From positions 704,001 through 768,000 of the forward strand of contig CAVXKA010000003.1 of assembly GCA_963762255.1 (NCBI GenBank): 64,000 nt of DNA, in the 5' to 3' direction. This stretch comes from Candidatus Eiseniibacteriota bacterium (GTDB lineage: Bacteria; Eisenbacteria; RBG-16-71-46; JABDJR01). The notes beneath the pieces were generated by a model that saw nothing but the letters and a program-made list of their open reading frames with translations, did no database searches and was not told where the DNA came from. Below, piece after piece: positions 25,120 through 34,604 of the stretch. The position numbers were made by a program, and so were the translations under genes. The stretch's first letter is position 1. Each line of letters begins with the position of its first letter.

Positions 25120-27294
25120 CTACGGGTTGGCGGTTGGGGGCTGCTCCTCGCGGAACCAATCGATGGCGCGGTTGAAGGTCTCCTGCGCCTGGTCCTTCTT
25201 CATGAAGTACAACTGGAACCCGAACCACTGCGTCCGACCGTGTGGACGCGCCAAGTCGGGGTCGTGCCACCGCACGGCGTTGAGCTTGTTGTTATAGGTG
25301 CTACTGGACTTCTTGGCTTGATAGGCGAAGAGCGAGTCAATGACCCCGGTGTAGCCCGCGTCGTAGGTGTAGATCGCCTCGAAGACCGCCTCCTGGTGAC
25401 TGATCGAACCCTTATAGGGGCTGATCTTGAGCGGATCCATATCCATCTGAGGGTAGATCACGGGTTCCCCCGGGAAGGGCTTGACCCCGATCATGTTGTC
25501 ATTGGGCACTGTGCCCCTGCCATTCATGATGCGGTCCGAGGCGAGCTTCATGAACTGGAAAGCAAAGGAGTTGGGCTCATCGTTGACATTCTTGGGGTAG
25601 GTCAAGTCGGCTTTCCCGTTGCCCCCGGCCGGCATCATCGGCGGAACGGTCATCGCTCCCCCGATCCACACCTTCCCCCCCGCGCTGAGGTACGCGCCGA
25701 GGAAGCGCCTCAGGGACGTGACCGCGATCAGTCCGGTAGCACCGTCGTAGCCGCTGCCGTAGCACTCCCAGACGACCAGCTTGTAGCGACCCAACTGCTC
25801 CAGCGTGGGTGGGATCGGCGCCGGGCTGAAGACGTCGCCCGGACCGTGGATATCGAAGGTGAAGAAGTCGGTGTCCATATCGAAGCGGCCGGAATCCTGA
25901 AACAGGGACAGCCAGAACGCGTCGCTCTGGTCGTCCTCGGGGTAGGTCGTTTCACGGCTGTCATCCACCAAGAGGACCTCTCGATCCAGCGAGAAATCCA
26001 GCACCTTCATGATCAGGGTCGCCATCGCGATCTTCCCGGAGAGGTCCCGAGCCCGCACATAGAGCACATGAATCCCCGGCTTCGTGAAGACGATGGGTTG
26101 GATGTTGCTCTTAATCTGACCCCAACCGCTCCACCCGGAATTGGGACCCTCACGCTCGAGATCGGGGATGTCGAGCCCCCAACTGTAGCCCTCGATGGTC
26201 CCACCGTAATCATCGGCGTTGCCGGTCCAGGTGAAGCGCAGCTTCGCGCCTACTGGAACCTCTACGGTGAAGGCGGTTCCGGCGCCGCGAAACAGGAAGG
26301 TCCCCAACGAGGGTTCGGTAAGCGTCAGGTACGGGTTGCCGCTTCCCGCCAACGCCTGGAACCTGAATACATTGCGCCCGAATTCCAGGAAGGGCTCCAC
26401 CGCCCCCGCCTCGTCGACGGCGCGCACGCCGAACAGGTAGCTTCCCGGGACCGCCAGGAATAACGTCTTGCTGAGCGTGTCGCCCCGCTGGTACGTCCAG
26501 GTCGGATCGCCCTTCGTATACAAGTGGGTGGGATTGGCTGAGAGAATCGGGAGCGCCGGCACCAGCGTGTCCAGCCGAAGGAGCTTATAGACGTACCCGA
26601 CCGGCTTCTTACGGGGGTCCGAGGAGTCCGGATCGATGCCGTCCCAGGCCACCGTCACCGAAGTGCCCAGGGCCAGCGGTTGATCCGAGATGACCGGTCT
26701 GGAGATCGTGGCCTTCGGCGTGATCGTGAACGCGCGGTAGCCGATGCGGTCGAACTTGGAGTACGCCCCGTCATCGTCCATCGCACGCAAGTACACGGCG
26801 TGGAGTCCCGAGAAAGTATCCGCCGGCCCCCGGCCCGATGATCCAATCGAGATCGTGTCCGCTACGGGGGTCATGAACGCGAAGGACCGGCTGAACTCGA
26901 TGGTCTCGATCCACCGGAAGGAATAGGTGTTCCCGTCCACCGATCGAGACACCACAAGCGTGTCCTGACGATCGGAGGGACCCGGCAGGATCCGAATCGA
27001 AATGTCGGCGAACCTCTCGGGGTACGCGATCATGGAATCCGTGAATCCCTCAGAGGGCGGATCGACCGCGTACTCGAAGTGCTGGATGATCCCGTCGAAG
27101 TCCCATCCGCTCCAGTACACGCGGGCGGTGTACGCGGCCAGGCTCCCGGTGAGAGGCCCCCCGGTGATCTGGACGGTCGGCGGCTGGTTGAGGATCAGAT
27201 TGTCCTTCTCGTGGCCGCACCCGGCCGCGAGTCCTAGGAATACGATGCATACCAGGATGGGCAGCACGCCTGGCAGTCGATGGCTCTTCATCAT
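25120..27294 (-). CDS. large lipoprotein with repeated Ig/FN3-like 'WxGxDxDG' domains and C-terminal alpha/beta domain
   Basis: Lipobox LAAG-C; NQPPTVQI...WSGWDFDG, WDGIDPD, WTGNADDYGG; xRAxD strands; VLLVDD...YKLVVW...GGKVWIGG. Confidence 0.8.
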   Translation of the reverse strand: MMKSHRLPGVLPILVCIVFLGLAAGCGHEKDNLILNQPPTVQITGGPLTGSLAAYTARVYWSGWDFDGIIQHFEYAVDPPSEGFTDSMIAYPERFADISIRILPGPSDRQDTLVVSRSVDGNTYSFRWIETIEFSRSFAFMTPVADTISIGSSGRGPADTFSGLHAVYLRAMDDDGAYSKFDRIGYRAFTITPKATISRPVISDQPLALGTSVTVAWDGIDPDSSDPRKKPVGYVYKLLRLDTLVPALPILSANPTHLYTKGDPTWTYQRGDTLSKTLFLAVPGSYLFGVRAVDEAGAVEPFLEFGRNVFRFQALAGSGNPYLTLTEPSLGTFLFRGAGTAFTVEVPVGAKLRFTWTGNADDYGGTIEGYSWGLDIPDLEREGPNSGWSGWGQIKSNIQPIVFTKPGIHVLYVRARDLSGKIAMATLIMKVLDFSLDREVLLVDDSRETTYPEDDQSDAFWLSLFQDSGRFDMDTDFFTFDIHGPGDVFSPAPIPPTLEQLGRYKLVVWECYGSGYDGATGLIAVTSLRRFLGAYLSAGGKVWIGGAMTVPPMMPAGGNGKADLTYPKNVNDEPNSFAFQFMKLASDRIMNGRGTVPNDNMIGVKPFPGEPVIYPQMDMDPLKISPYKGSISHQEAVFEAIYTYDAGYTGVIDSLFAYQAKKSSSTYNNKLNAVRWHDPDLARPHGRTQWFGFQLYFMKKDQAQETFNRAIDWFREEQPPTANP

Positions 27295-27304
27295 GACGCT
27301 CACC

Positions 27305-28990
27305 TCACTGCTCAAGGGTGACTCGGAAAGCGAACGAGAGACTCGTGACCCGCCCCGACGCGTCGCGCGCCGTCAGTTCCAGGGTGTTGACCCCGGGGCG
27401 GATGACGTTGGCGCCGCCGGCCGGCGATACCGGATACGACCGTTCCCCGGGAGCATCCAGAGAATCCGTCGGTTCGTACCCGCCGGTCGCGCCGTTCAGC
27501 TTCGCCGAGTACTCTTCGACGTGGCTGAGTTCCTCCTCGACGACCCGGTTGATCTCGAGGGCATGGGAGTTGGGGGGCGGTTCGTGAATGTCCAAGGCCA
27601 CGAACCGGATCTGGAACTCGGGGTACGTGCCGTCACCATTCCGTGGGATGGTGACCGAGACGGTGTCGGGTCGGCCGCCGCCGGGCTTTGGCACCCAGAG
27701 CGGTTGTTCGGCCCCCTGGGCGTCGAGATACGTCACCGACACGAAGAAGGCGTTGTAGTTGACCTTCACCACGAGGGTGTCGGGATTCCCCCACCGGCCC
27801 AACAGATCGCGGGCACGGATAAGGAACATGTAGTCCCCGGACTTGAGATCTCTCGCCGCGCTGAGGGCAAAGCTGTTGATGGCGGGAAACGGTTTCCAAC
27901 TCCCGAACCGGACACCCGTACTGTCGTAGGCCGGTCCGCCACCATTGGTCAACTTGCGGTAGCTATAGGAACTGATGTCGTAGTCGCTGCCGGGATTCAC
28001 CCTCGCGTCCCGATGATCATCGAACGCGGTGTAGCTGAACACGATTTCCCGACCGGCGCCGGTGAGATCGGACAGGGTCGTCCCGCTTGGATAGATCTTG
28101 CCTGTGCTGAACTCGCGGAAAACGCGCGCACGGACCGGAGTCGTCTCCTCGCGGGGGTCCACGATCCAAGTCACCGGGTTGAAGTTGACGATCACCGAGC
28201 GGACGGAATCCGGCTGGGTCTTGGCGCCGGCGTCATCGATGGACCGCACCTGCAAGACCTCACTGCCGCTGAAGTAGACCAGCTTCCCTCCGCTCAGCTT
28301 GGGAGTGAAGTCGCGCGAGAAGCTTGTGTCGGCGAGCGAGCCGCCGCGGAAGCCGAGGTCCGTGCTCGATCGGAACTCGTACCCCACCACATAACCGCCA
28401 TCATCCAGGTCGAAGCCGTCCCAGCTTGCCGAGATCGCCCCTCCCACACCGATGGTGTCGGTGGGATTGTACCGGTCGTTCGAACGGAGGACCAGGCGGC
28501 GCGGATTTCCGGCCCGGTCGGTCCATGTGCCCTCGGAGGCTTTGAACCGGACGCCCGGGAAATTGAAATCGTGGGCGACGAAGTAGGCCCAGGCGGGAGA
28601 GGGGTCCACCTTGCCTTCGTTGTCCACGGCGCGAACATAGAACCGGTGCCCCAGAAGCTGCGGGTTGTCCGCAGTGAGCACGAAGACGCTGTCGGTGCTG
28701 GTCGTCCGGTAATAGCCGGCAAACCCCGGGGTGTCCTCCCCTGGGACCTTGTTGGAATCGGTGACTGAGTACTCGTAGTGGTCGATCAGGCCGTCGGGAT
28801 CTTCACCGTTCCAGAACAGTCGGATGCGGTAGTAGGCGAGGGAACTCTCCGCCGGGGCGCGCGAGATGTAGGTCTCAGGAGGCAGATTTCGATCGAAGGT
28901 CGACGGCGTCTCGCGACGGCAGCTCCAAAGGAAGAGAAGACCGGGAAGGCATGCCCAGCCCAGAAGCCCCCCCCAGCGCGAAACCTTCAT
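27305..28990 (-). CDS. lipoprotein, paralog of the downstream lipoprotein
   Basis: Lipobox-like LWS-C; NLPPETYI...WNGEDPDG, WDGFDLDDGG; VRAVDNEG, VRSIDDAG, IRARDLLG, LTARDASG. Confidence 0.8.
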   Translation of the reverse strand: MKVSRWGGLLGWACLPGLLFLWSCRRETPSTFDRNLPPETYISRAPAESSLAYYRIRLFWNGEDPDGLIDHYEYSVTDSNKVPGEDTPGFAGYYRTTSTDSVFVLTADNPQLLGHRFYVRAVDNEGKVDPSPAWAYFVAHDFNFPGVRFKASEGTWTDRAGNPRRLVLRSNDRYNPTDTIGVGGAISASWDGFDLDDGGYVVGYEFRSSTDLGFRGGSLADTSFSRDFTPKLSGGKLVYFSGSEVLQVRSIDDAGAKTQPDSVRSVIVNFNPVTWIVDPREETTPVRARVFREFSTGKIYPSGTTLSDLTGAGREIVFSYTAFDDHRDARVNPGSDYDISSYSYRKLTNGGGPAYDSTGVRFGSWKPFPAINSFALSAARDLKSGDYMFLIRARDLLGRWGNPDTLVVKVNYNAFFVSVTYLDAQGAEQPLWVPKPGGGRPDTVSVTIPRNGDGTYPEFQIRFVALDIHEPPPNSHALEINRVVEEELSHVEEYSAKLNGATGGYEPTDSLDAPGERSYPVSPAGGANVIRPGVNTLELTARDASGRVTSLSFAFRVTLEQ

Positions 28991-29059
28991 GAAACACTAG
29001 CTCCTTTCGAACGAGCACAAAACGCCTCCGCAGCTAGGGTTGCCTCCCTGAAACAACGG

Positions 29060-29088
29060 AAAGTACCAAAGGCGTTCAGCACTGTCAA
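29060..29088 (-). promoter_or_regulatory. sigma70 promoter of the lipoprotein operon
   Basis: TTGACA-N17-TACTTT with TGn extension, upstream of AAAGGAG RBS and ATG 28990. Confidence 0.65.
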
Positions 29089-29122
29089 GTCCTCGGCCGC
29101 GGCGCCTCGTCGGAGGCGGCGC

Positions 29123-29163
29123 AAAAAAGCAAGGGGCTGGAGGCCAAGCCTCCAACCCCTTGC
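29123..29163 (-). terminator. Rho-independent terminator of the large surface-protein gene
   Basis: GCAAGGGGTTGGAGGC-TTG-GCCTCCAGCCCCTTGC stem followed by TTTTTT on the minus strand. Confidence 0.9.
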
Positions 29164-29217
29164 GAACCAACTTACCGAACTTGATCCGGCAGCCGCCGGA
29201 TCGGCAGCTAACTGAGA

Positions 29218-32200
29218 CTAGTTACCGTTGCGAACGACAACCAGCTTCTTGGCGTATTCCTCGTCGTTGGCCTTCAGGCGGTAGAAGTACACACCGCTGG
29301 CCACCGAACGAGAACCAGAGTCCGTGCCGTCCCAGTGAACGACGTTGAGACCTTCCTTGGCCACGCCGTCGAACACGGTGCGAACCAAGCGGCCGTTGAC
29401 GTCGAAGATCTCCACGGCAGCCTTGGCATCACGCGCCATGGTGAACTGGATCGTCCCCTTCGCACCGTTCAGGAGCGGGTTGGGGGCGAAGTTCGCCAGA
29501 GCGGTCTTGAAGCTGGGCTGACGCGGATCCGTCGGCACGAAGGTGCCGGCGGTCGGGTCGTCGCAAGGAGCGGGCGCACCGGTGTAACCGAACCAGGTGA
29601 GCACTTCCTCAAGACGCTCCGCGATCGCGGGCTCCGGGGTCGGAGCGAGAAGACCGAACTCACAAACACCGACGTCGTCACGACGATAGTGGAGGGAGAC
29701 GCCGTCCACCACGGTCTTGTAGTCCGGGCCGCCGGTTGCTGCGTTGTACACCGACGCGTACTGAACCACACCCTTGAAGGTGTCGTTGTACTCTTCGTCG
29801 CCCGCCGGGGCACCCATGCCGCCGACGAACAGGTCGAGCACGTCGAACGAACGAAGCTGCGGGCAGCCGTTGCCCTGAGCTTGGTGATTGTACACGCGGC
29901 CGAGGCTGCCGGCGACGAGCGATCCGCTCACCGGATCGAGCGGCACGCAGGTAGCCAAGGACTGGATACCCGAGGTGCTCGGGCAGGACGGATCGCGCAG
30001 CGTGGCGCAGTTGAACGTGACGCCGCAGAACTCGTTGAGGAGACGGAGCGCGCTCGGCTCCGAGGCCGCCTCGAGCGTCATGCTCTCGGCGATGCCGTCA
30101 CCGTTCAGGTACAGGTTGTTATACCCGAGACCCGGTTCGGTGAGGGACAGCCACGGAATGAGAACGTCCGCGTCTTCCTTCACGAGGGTGAACGCGTTCA
30201 GAGCGGCACTGTTCCAGACGATCGCCTTGTAGCCAAGGGCCTGGACGATCGTGGCGCCGAACTCCGTGTTCAACGGACGCCCGAAGGACGCCTGCTGGCT
30301 GGACGGAGCCAGAACGCGGTACTTGTCCCACGCCGTTCCCTCGAAGTTGGCCGAAGATCCGGTCAGGACCGCACCCAGGGCGGGCTCGATCCAAGGCGCA
30401 GAACCGCGGTCGGTCGCGTGATCCACGAACAACACGCAGTTGAACGTGGAGTCGGCGGCCATCGAGGACGGATGGACCTCGAACGGGAAGGGAGCGGTCG
30501 TTGCGGTGTCAGGCAGCGTGTACCAGGCGGTACCCGCGATGAACTTCGTCTTGAAGAACATCTCGATCCGCGTCCCGGGCGTGAACAGATTGTCCGGGAA
30601 GATGTCGTTCACAAGACGAGTCTGCTGGCCTTGCGGATCCAGGTCGGCCGGATCGCGATCGGTGTCGTTACCGACCAATCCGAAGCCTTCCATGTAGGCG
30701 GTCATCCAGCGGTTTGCAACCGTGCTGCCACCCTGCTCGGCCGTGTCGATGCGGGCTGCGTACCAGTTGAGACCGTCTTTGGTCTCCTGGAACACGAGGC
30801 CCGGGTTCCCTGCGAGCCACGCGGCCACAGCCGCGGTGACAACCGGGGCCGGGGTCCACGCCAAACTGCACGTACACTTCGGCGCCACCCGCCGCACCAC
30901 CGATGGTGATCGTGTCACCAGTCGAGCTGTTCGGCTCGGGGACGGAGAAGCCCTTGATGTTGTTGCAGTCGAGGCGGCCGGCCGCGTTGATGCGCAGCGA
31001 ACCGTTCTCGGGGAACGAGTCCTGAGGTTCGTCGATCTCACGAGCGGTGATCACCGGAGCGCCGGGGATGCCGGCCGCGCCGAAGGCCACGTTGTCGAAG
31101 TACGGGGTGTGATTGGTCACGCCCGAGCAGTTCCCGTAGTAACGGCAGTAGTTGAGAGTCCCAAGGCCGATACGGATCTGCTCGGCACCCGTCGAGATCA
31201 CGGAGTTGAAGTACCGGGTGTAGACCGCGGAGTCAGCACCGATCTCGTACTTGCGGCAGGTCGGAATGCCGCCGAAGTAGTAGACGTAGCCGTCCCCCAC
31301 GATTCCCGACGTGATGATCTTGCCAGTGTTGGCGCAGACTTCGGGATACCACTGAACAGCCTGGACCACGAAGATGTAGTTCAGGAGGGGCAGCTCGAAG
31401 TAGCCGTCATACCGGAAGAACTTCTCCGGAGCGCCCACGCGGCCGGCGGCCACGAGGTCGATCCAGGGAGACATGGCCACGTTGTCCTGGTAGAGGCCGT
31501 GGCCGCCCACGGACAGATCCTCAAACACCAGAACGGTGTCCTTGCCGTCCTTCATGAAGTCGCAACCGCAGGGGGTCAGCACATCGGGCAGGTCCGCCTG
31601 CGACACGAGGTCCGACCACTCACCGCCAGCACCCGGGGTCGCAGGAGCGAGCACCCAGCCGCCGCGGAGGTCTCGAAGGTTGGCGGAATGGATCACGGTA
31701 GCCCCGTCAAGGATCGAGATGTCGTCGATCACGAGCGGGCAGGTCGTAGCGTAGAGGCCGTCCTCGTCAGAGTAGGCACCGTCCGCAGCAAGGCAGAACT
31801 TGATGTTGAACGCACCCGAGTCGCCACGCATGTCGGTGCCTTCGGCCAGCACCAAGGAGGCGGTGCCGGAGGCGGGGCCGGTGTAGCTCGTGACGGTCAC
31901 GTCGCCGGAGCCGTCACCCGCGCCGGAGGTGTCGACGATCACGTAGCTGTAGTCCCAGCCGGGCTCCGTGTCGTTGACGTACTTGTAGCTCAGCGTCACG
32001 CTGGCGCCGGCGGTGTGGGTGAAGTTCGTGCTGTGGTAGATGCAAACGTACCAACTGTTGCCGTAACCAGAGCCACCCGCGTAGCAGAGTGCTTCCGCTT
32101 CGCCCTGGAACACGCCGGCATACAGCGAGCCGACGCCGGTGATGGCGCAAGCAGGCTCACCGGCCTGGCCGGAGATCCAGCGGAAGTACGGGAGGAGGCT

Positions 32201-32557
32201 GAACGTGTTGTCAACCCCGATCCACCCTTCCATCAAGGTGTGGAGTCCAGCGGCTTTGAAGGGGTTCAAGCCGGGTACAGAGCTGAAACTCGACCCGACG
32301 CCCGTGTCGAACGTCCAGATCGAATCCGGCAGTGCTTCCCAGCGCGCCGAATCTGCCGCCCAGACGGTGCCACCAAAATAGGTGGTCGCGATCTGGGCTG
32401 CTCCGAACACCCCCGTGTTGCTCGTCAAGTTCGCGTTGGGGGTCGTGTCCTCCAACATGAACTTCTGGAGGCCACCGGTCTGATCCACGGGCTTCGCGAG
32501 AGCCGGGACCGCCAGGGCCACCACGAGCATCAGGGTGATGCTCAAGGCTTTTCTCAT
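29218..32557 (-). CDS. ~1,112-aa Cys-rich secreted protein with C-terminal FlgD-Ig/CTD-like domain; candidate major surface protein (one 1-nt frameshift)
   Basis: GGAGGT RBS and signal MRKALSITLMLVVALAVPALA. ORFs 30668-32767 and 29218-31041 join by removing one base near 30841 (PGPG|VTAAVAAW). Ends NFAPNPL...IFDVNGRLVRTV...WDGTDSGSRSVASGVYFYRL...KKLVVVR. Confidence 0.85.
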
Positions 32558-32930
32558 CGTGCTACCTCCATCGTTGCAAGGCACTAGAGTTGAGCGCATC
32601 GAGTGATGGATGTTGTGCCATCCCACAGGGTGCCGGCCATCGTTCCCATATTCCTCGCACGACCGCCAGAGCGCGGTTCCAGCGGTGCCGCGAACTCGGT
32701 GAAGGCTTGCACCCCTGCCGAACTCACGGTCACGTCTCCGGCACTCTGATCCCCGGCTGAGCGACAACAGGGTTGTGTCAGGCTGGGGACTTAGTAACCA
32801 CCTGAAGACGAGTCAACCGCAACCCGATTACGGCTCACACGCGGGAACGCGCTCGCACCGGATGGGGAATCCCGAGACCGAGCTGACACGTCCCCTGGAG
32901 TATCAGGGAATAGCTACCGAACCCGAAAAC

Positions 32931-32959
32931 AGTATAAGGCCATTGGCTTTCCGTGTCAA
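32931..32959 (-). promoter_or_regulatory. near-consensus sigma70 promoter of the large surface-protein gene
   Basis: TTGACA(32959-32954)-N17-TATACT(32936-32931). Confidence 0.8.
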
Positions 32960-33765
32960 CCGAGACCGGCTTCTGATGACAGCAGGGTATGGAGTTGCGC
33001 GGGCTTGGAAATCCTTGGAGCCGGCTCATCCAGCCCCCCCCAACCAGTCCCAGCAGCCTCCCGAAGAGCGTCCCAGAGGCGGGTGGCGGGGCGGTGCGTC
33101 AAGGCCGCCAATCTCGCAACTTCCGACTTGCAAAGGACCTCCCCGATCTCCCCCGTCGCCGCCGTCCGCCCCCGATCCAGGACAAGCACCCACGGTCGAA
33201 GCGACACGAAGACCTCGTGCCGGTGAGTGGCTACCCAGAGACCACCCCGCATGGAGTCACTTCGCTCACGAAGTAATGCGACCACGCGATCCACCCCGGT
33301 TGCATCCAGAGCCGCATCCGGCTCGTCCAGAGCCCAGTGGTCGTGACCGGACAGCAGGAGCAGTGCGATTGCCGCGCGGCGTCGCTCCCCTGCGGAGAGG
33401 GTCCGAGAGGGGCGGGACAATCCGGCTCCCACGAGATCCACCGCCCTCAACACGGCCCGCAGCTCGGAGCGCCGTGAGCGGGGCGGCCGCGCGTCGCCGC
33501 ATAGATCCTCGGCCAGGTTTCGCCCCGCCAGGGCTCGCTCGGGGAGTTGAGGCAGATACGCAGCGTGTCCCCGCGGAGCGAGACCCTCCACTCGCCCCGC
33601 CGTGGGGCGAAGCGAGCCGCCGAGGAGTCGCAGCAGCGTGCTCTTCCCCGATCCTGAAGCGCCGAGCACGAGCCAGGGCCGATCGTCGGGACCCTCGACG
33701 TCCAGGGGGCCGAGACAGAAGGAACCCGGCCCCGGGTAGCGGTAGGTCAGCGCGTCGAGCCTCAT
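32956..33765 (-). CDS. ECF/CbiO-type ABC ATPase
   Basis: Walker A GASGSGKST, YLPQLPE, signature LSAGERRR, Walker B ALDEPD, ATH. Confidence 0.8.
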   Translation of the reverse strand: MRLDALTYRYPGPGSFCLGPLDVEGPDDRPWLVLGASGSGKSTLLRLLGGSLRPTAGRVEGLAPRGHAAYLPQLPERALAGRNLAEDLCGDARPPRSRRSELRAVLRAVDLVGAGLSRPSRTLSAGERRRAAIALLLLSGHDHWALDEPDAALDATGVDRVVALLRERSDSMRGGLWVATHRHEVFVSLRPWVLVLDRGRTAATGEIGEVLCKSEVARLAALTHRPATRLWDALREAAGTGWGGLDEPAPRISKPAQLHTLLSSEAGLG

Positions 33766-34604
33766 GGCATCACTTCCGGGGCGAGTCGGCGGGCCATCTC
33801 AGCCACGGAGTACCCCGTGCCGTCGACGGCCCACCCGAGATCGCGGAGCCGGCGCTCCATCCGCAGGCCCAGAGGCGGCTCGATCGAGGCGGGAAGCTCC
33901 GCGCGAAGCGCCTCGGCGGGCGGCCCCCAGACAAGGAGACGCCCCCGATCCAACACGCCCGCCACATCGGCCTCGGCTGCCAGTTCCCCATCGTGCGCGG
34001 CGAGAAGAATGGCCTGCACGTGCCCCCGATCCACGGCTTCGCGCAGGCGCTCCCAGATCATGCGACCCTCGCCCGGGCCCAGATAGAGAAACGGATCGTC
34101 GAGGAGGAGCAGCGCGGGGCGGAGCGCCAGCGCGGTCGCCACGAGAAGTCGCTCCTGCTCTCCCGGGGACATCGTAAGAGGATCGCGTCCGGCGAACGCT
34201 TCCAGGTCGAACTCGCGAAGCGCTCCCTCGACGCGGCGCACGACCTCCTCGCGGGGGAGATCGGCGTTCTCCAGAGTGAACGCGATCTCCTCCGCCGCGG
34301 TGGACGTCACGAACTGCGCGGCGGGATCTTCGAGCAGGAGCGCGCAGGACCGGGGATCGAGCCCTCCCCCGGCGGGGGACCGAACGACCCCGCGCGCGGG
34401 CGGCCAAAGCCCCGCGGCCGCACGGAGCAACGTGCTCTTGCCCGCGCCGTTGCCGCCCAGAAGGACACCGATCTCCCCGCGGCGCAGCGTGAGCGTCACT
34501 CCGACGAGCATCGGGCGGTGCGCCCCGGGAGGAACAACGTCGATGCCGGCCAATTCGAGGATCGGTTCGGCTTCACCGCCGCCCTCAACCGTCGACTCGA
34601 TCAC
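33762..34604 (-). CDS. ECF/CbiO-type ABC ATPase (divergent)
   Basis: Walker A GGNGAGKST, EDPAAQF...EEIAFTLEN (EcfA-like), MSPGEQER, LLLLDDP. GTGA overlap with the larC stop. Confidence 0.8.
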   Translation of the reverse strand: MIESTVEGGGEAEPILELAGIDVVPPGAHRPMLVGVTLTLRRGEIGVLLGGNGAGKSTLLRAAAGLWPPARGVVRSPAGGGLDPRSCALLLEDPAAQFVTSTAAEEIAFTLENADLPREEVVRRVEGALREFDLEAFAGRDPLTMSPGEQERLLVATALALRPALLLLDDPFLYLGPGEGRMIWERLREAVDRGHVQAILLAAHDGELAAEADVAGVLDRGRLLVWGPPAEALRAELPASIEPPLGLRMERRLRDLGWAVDGTGYSVAEMARRLAPEVMP

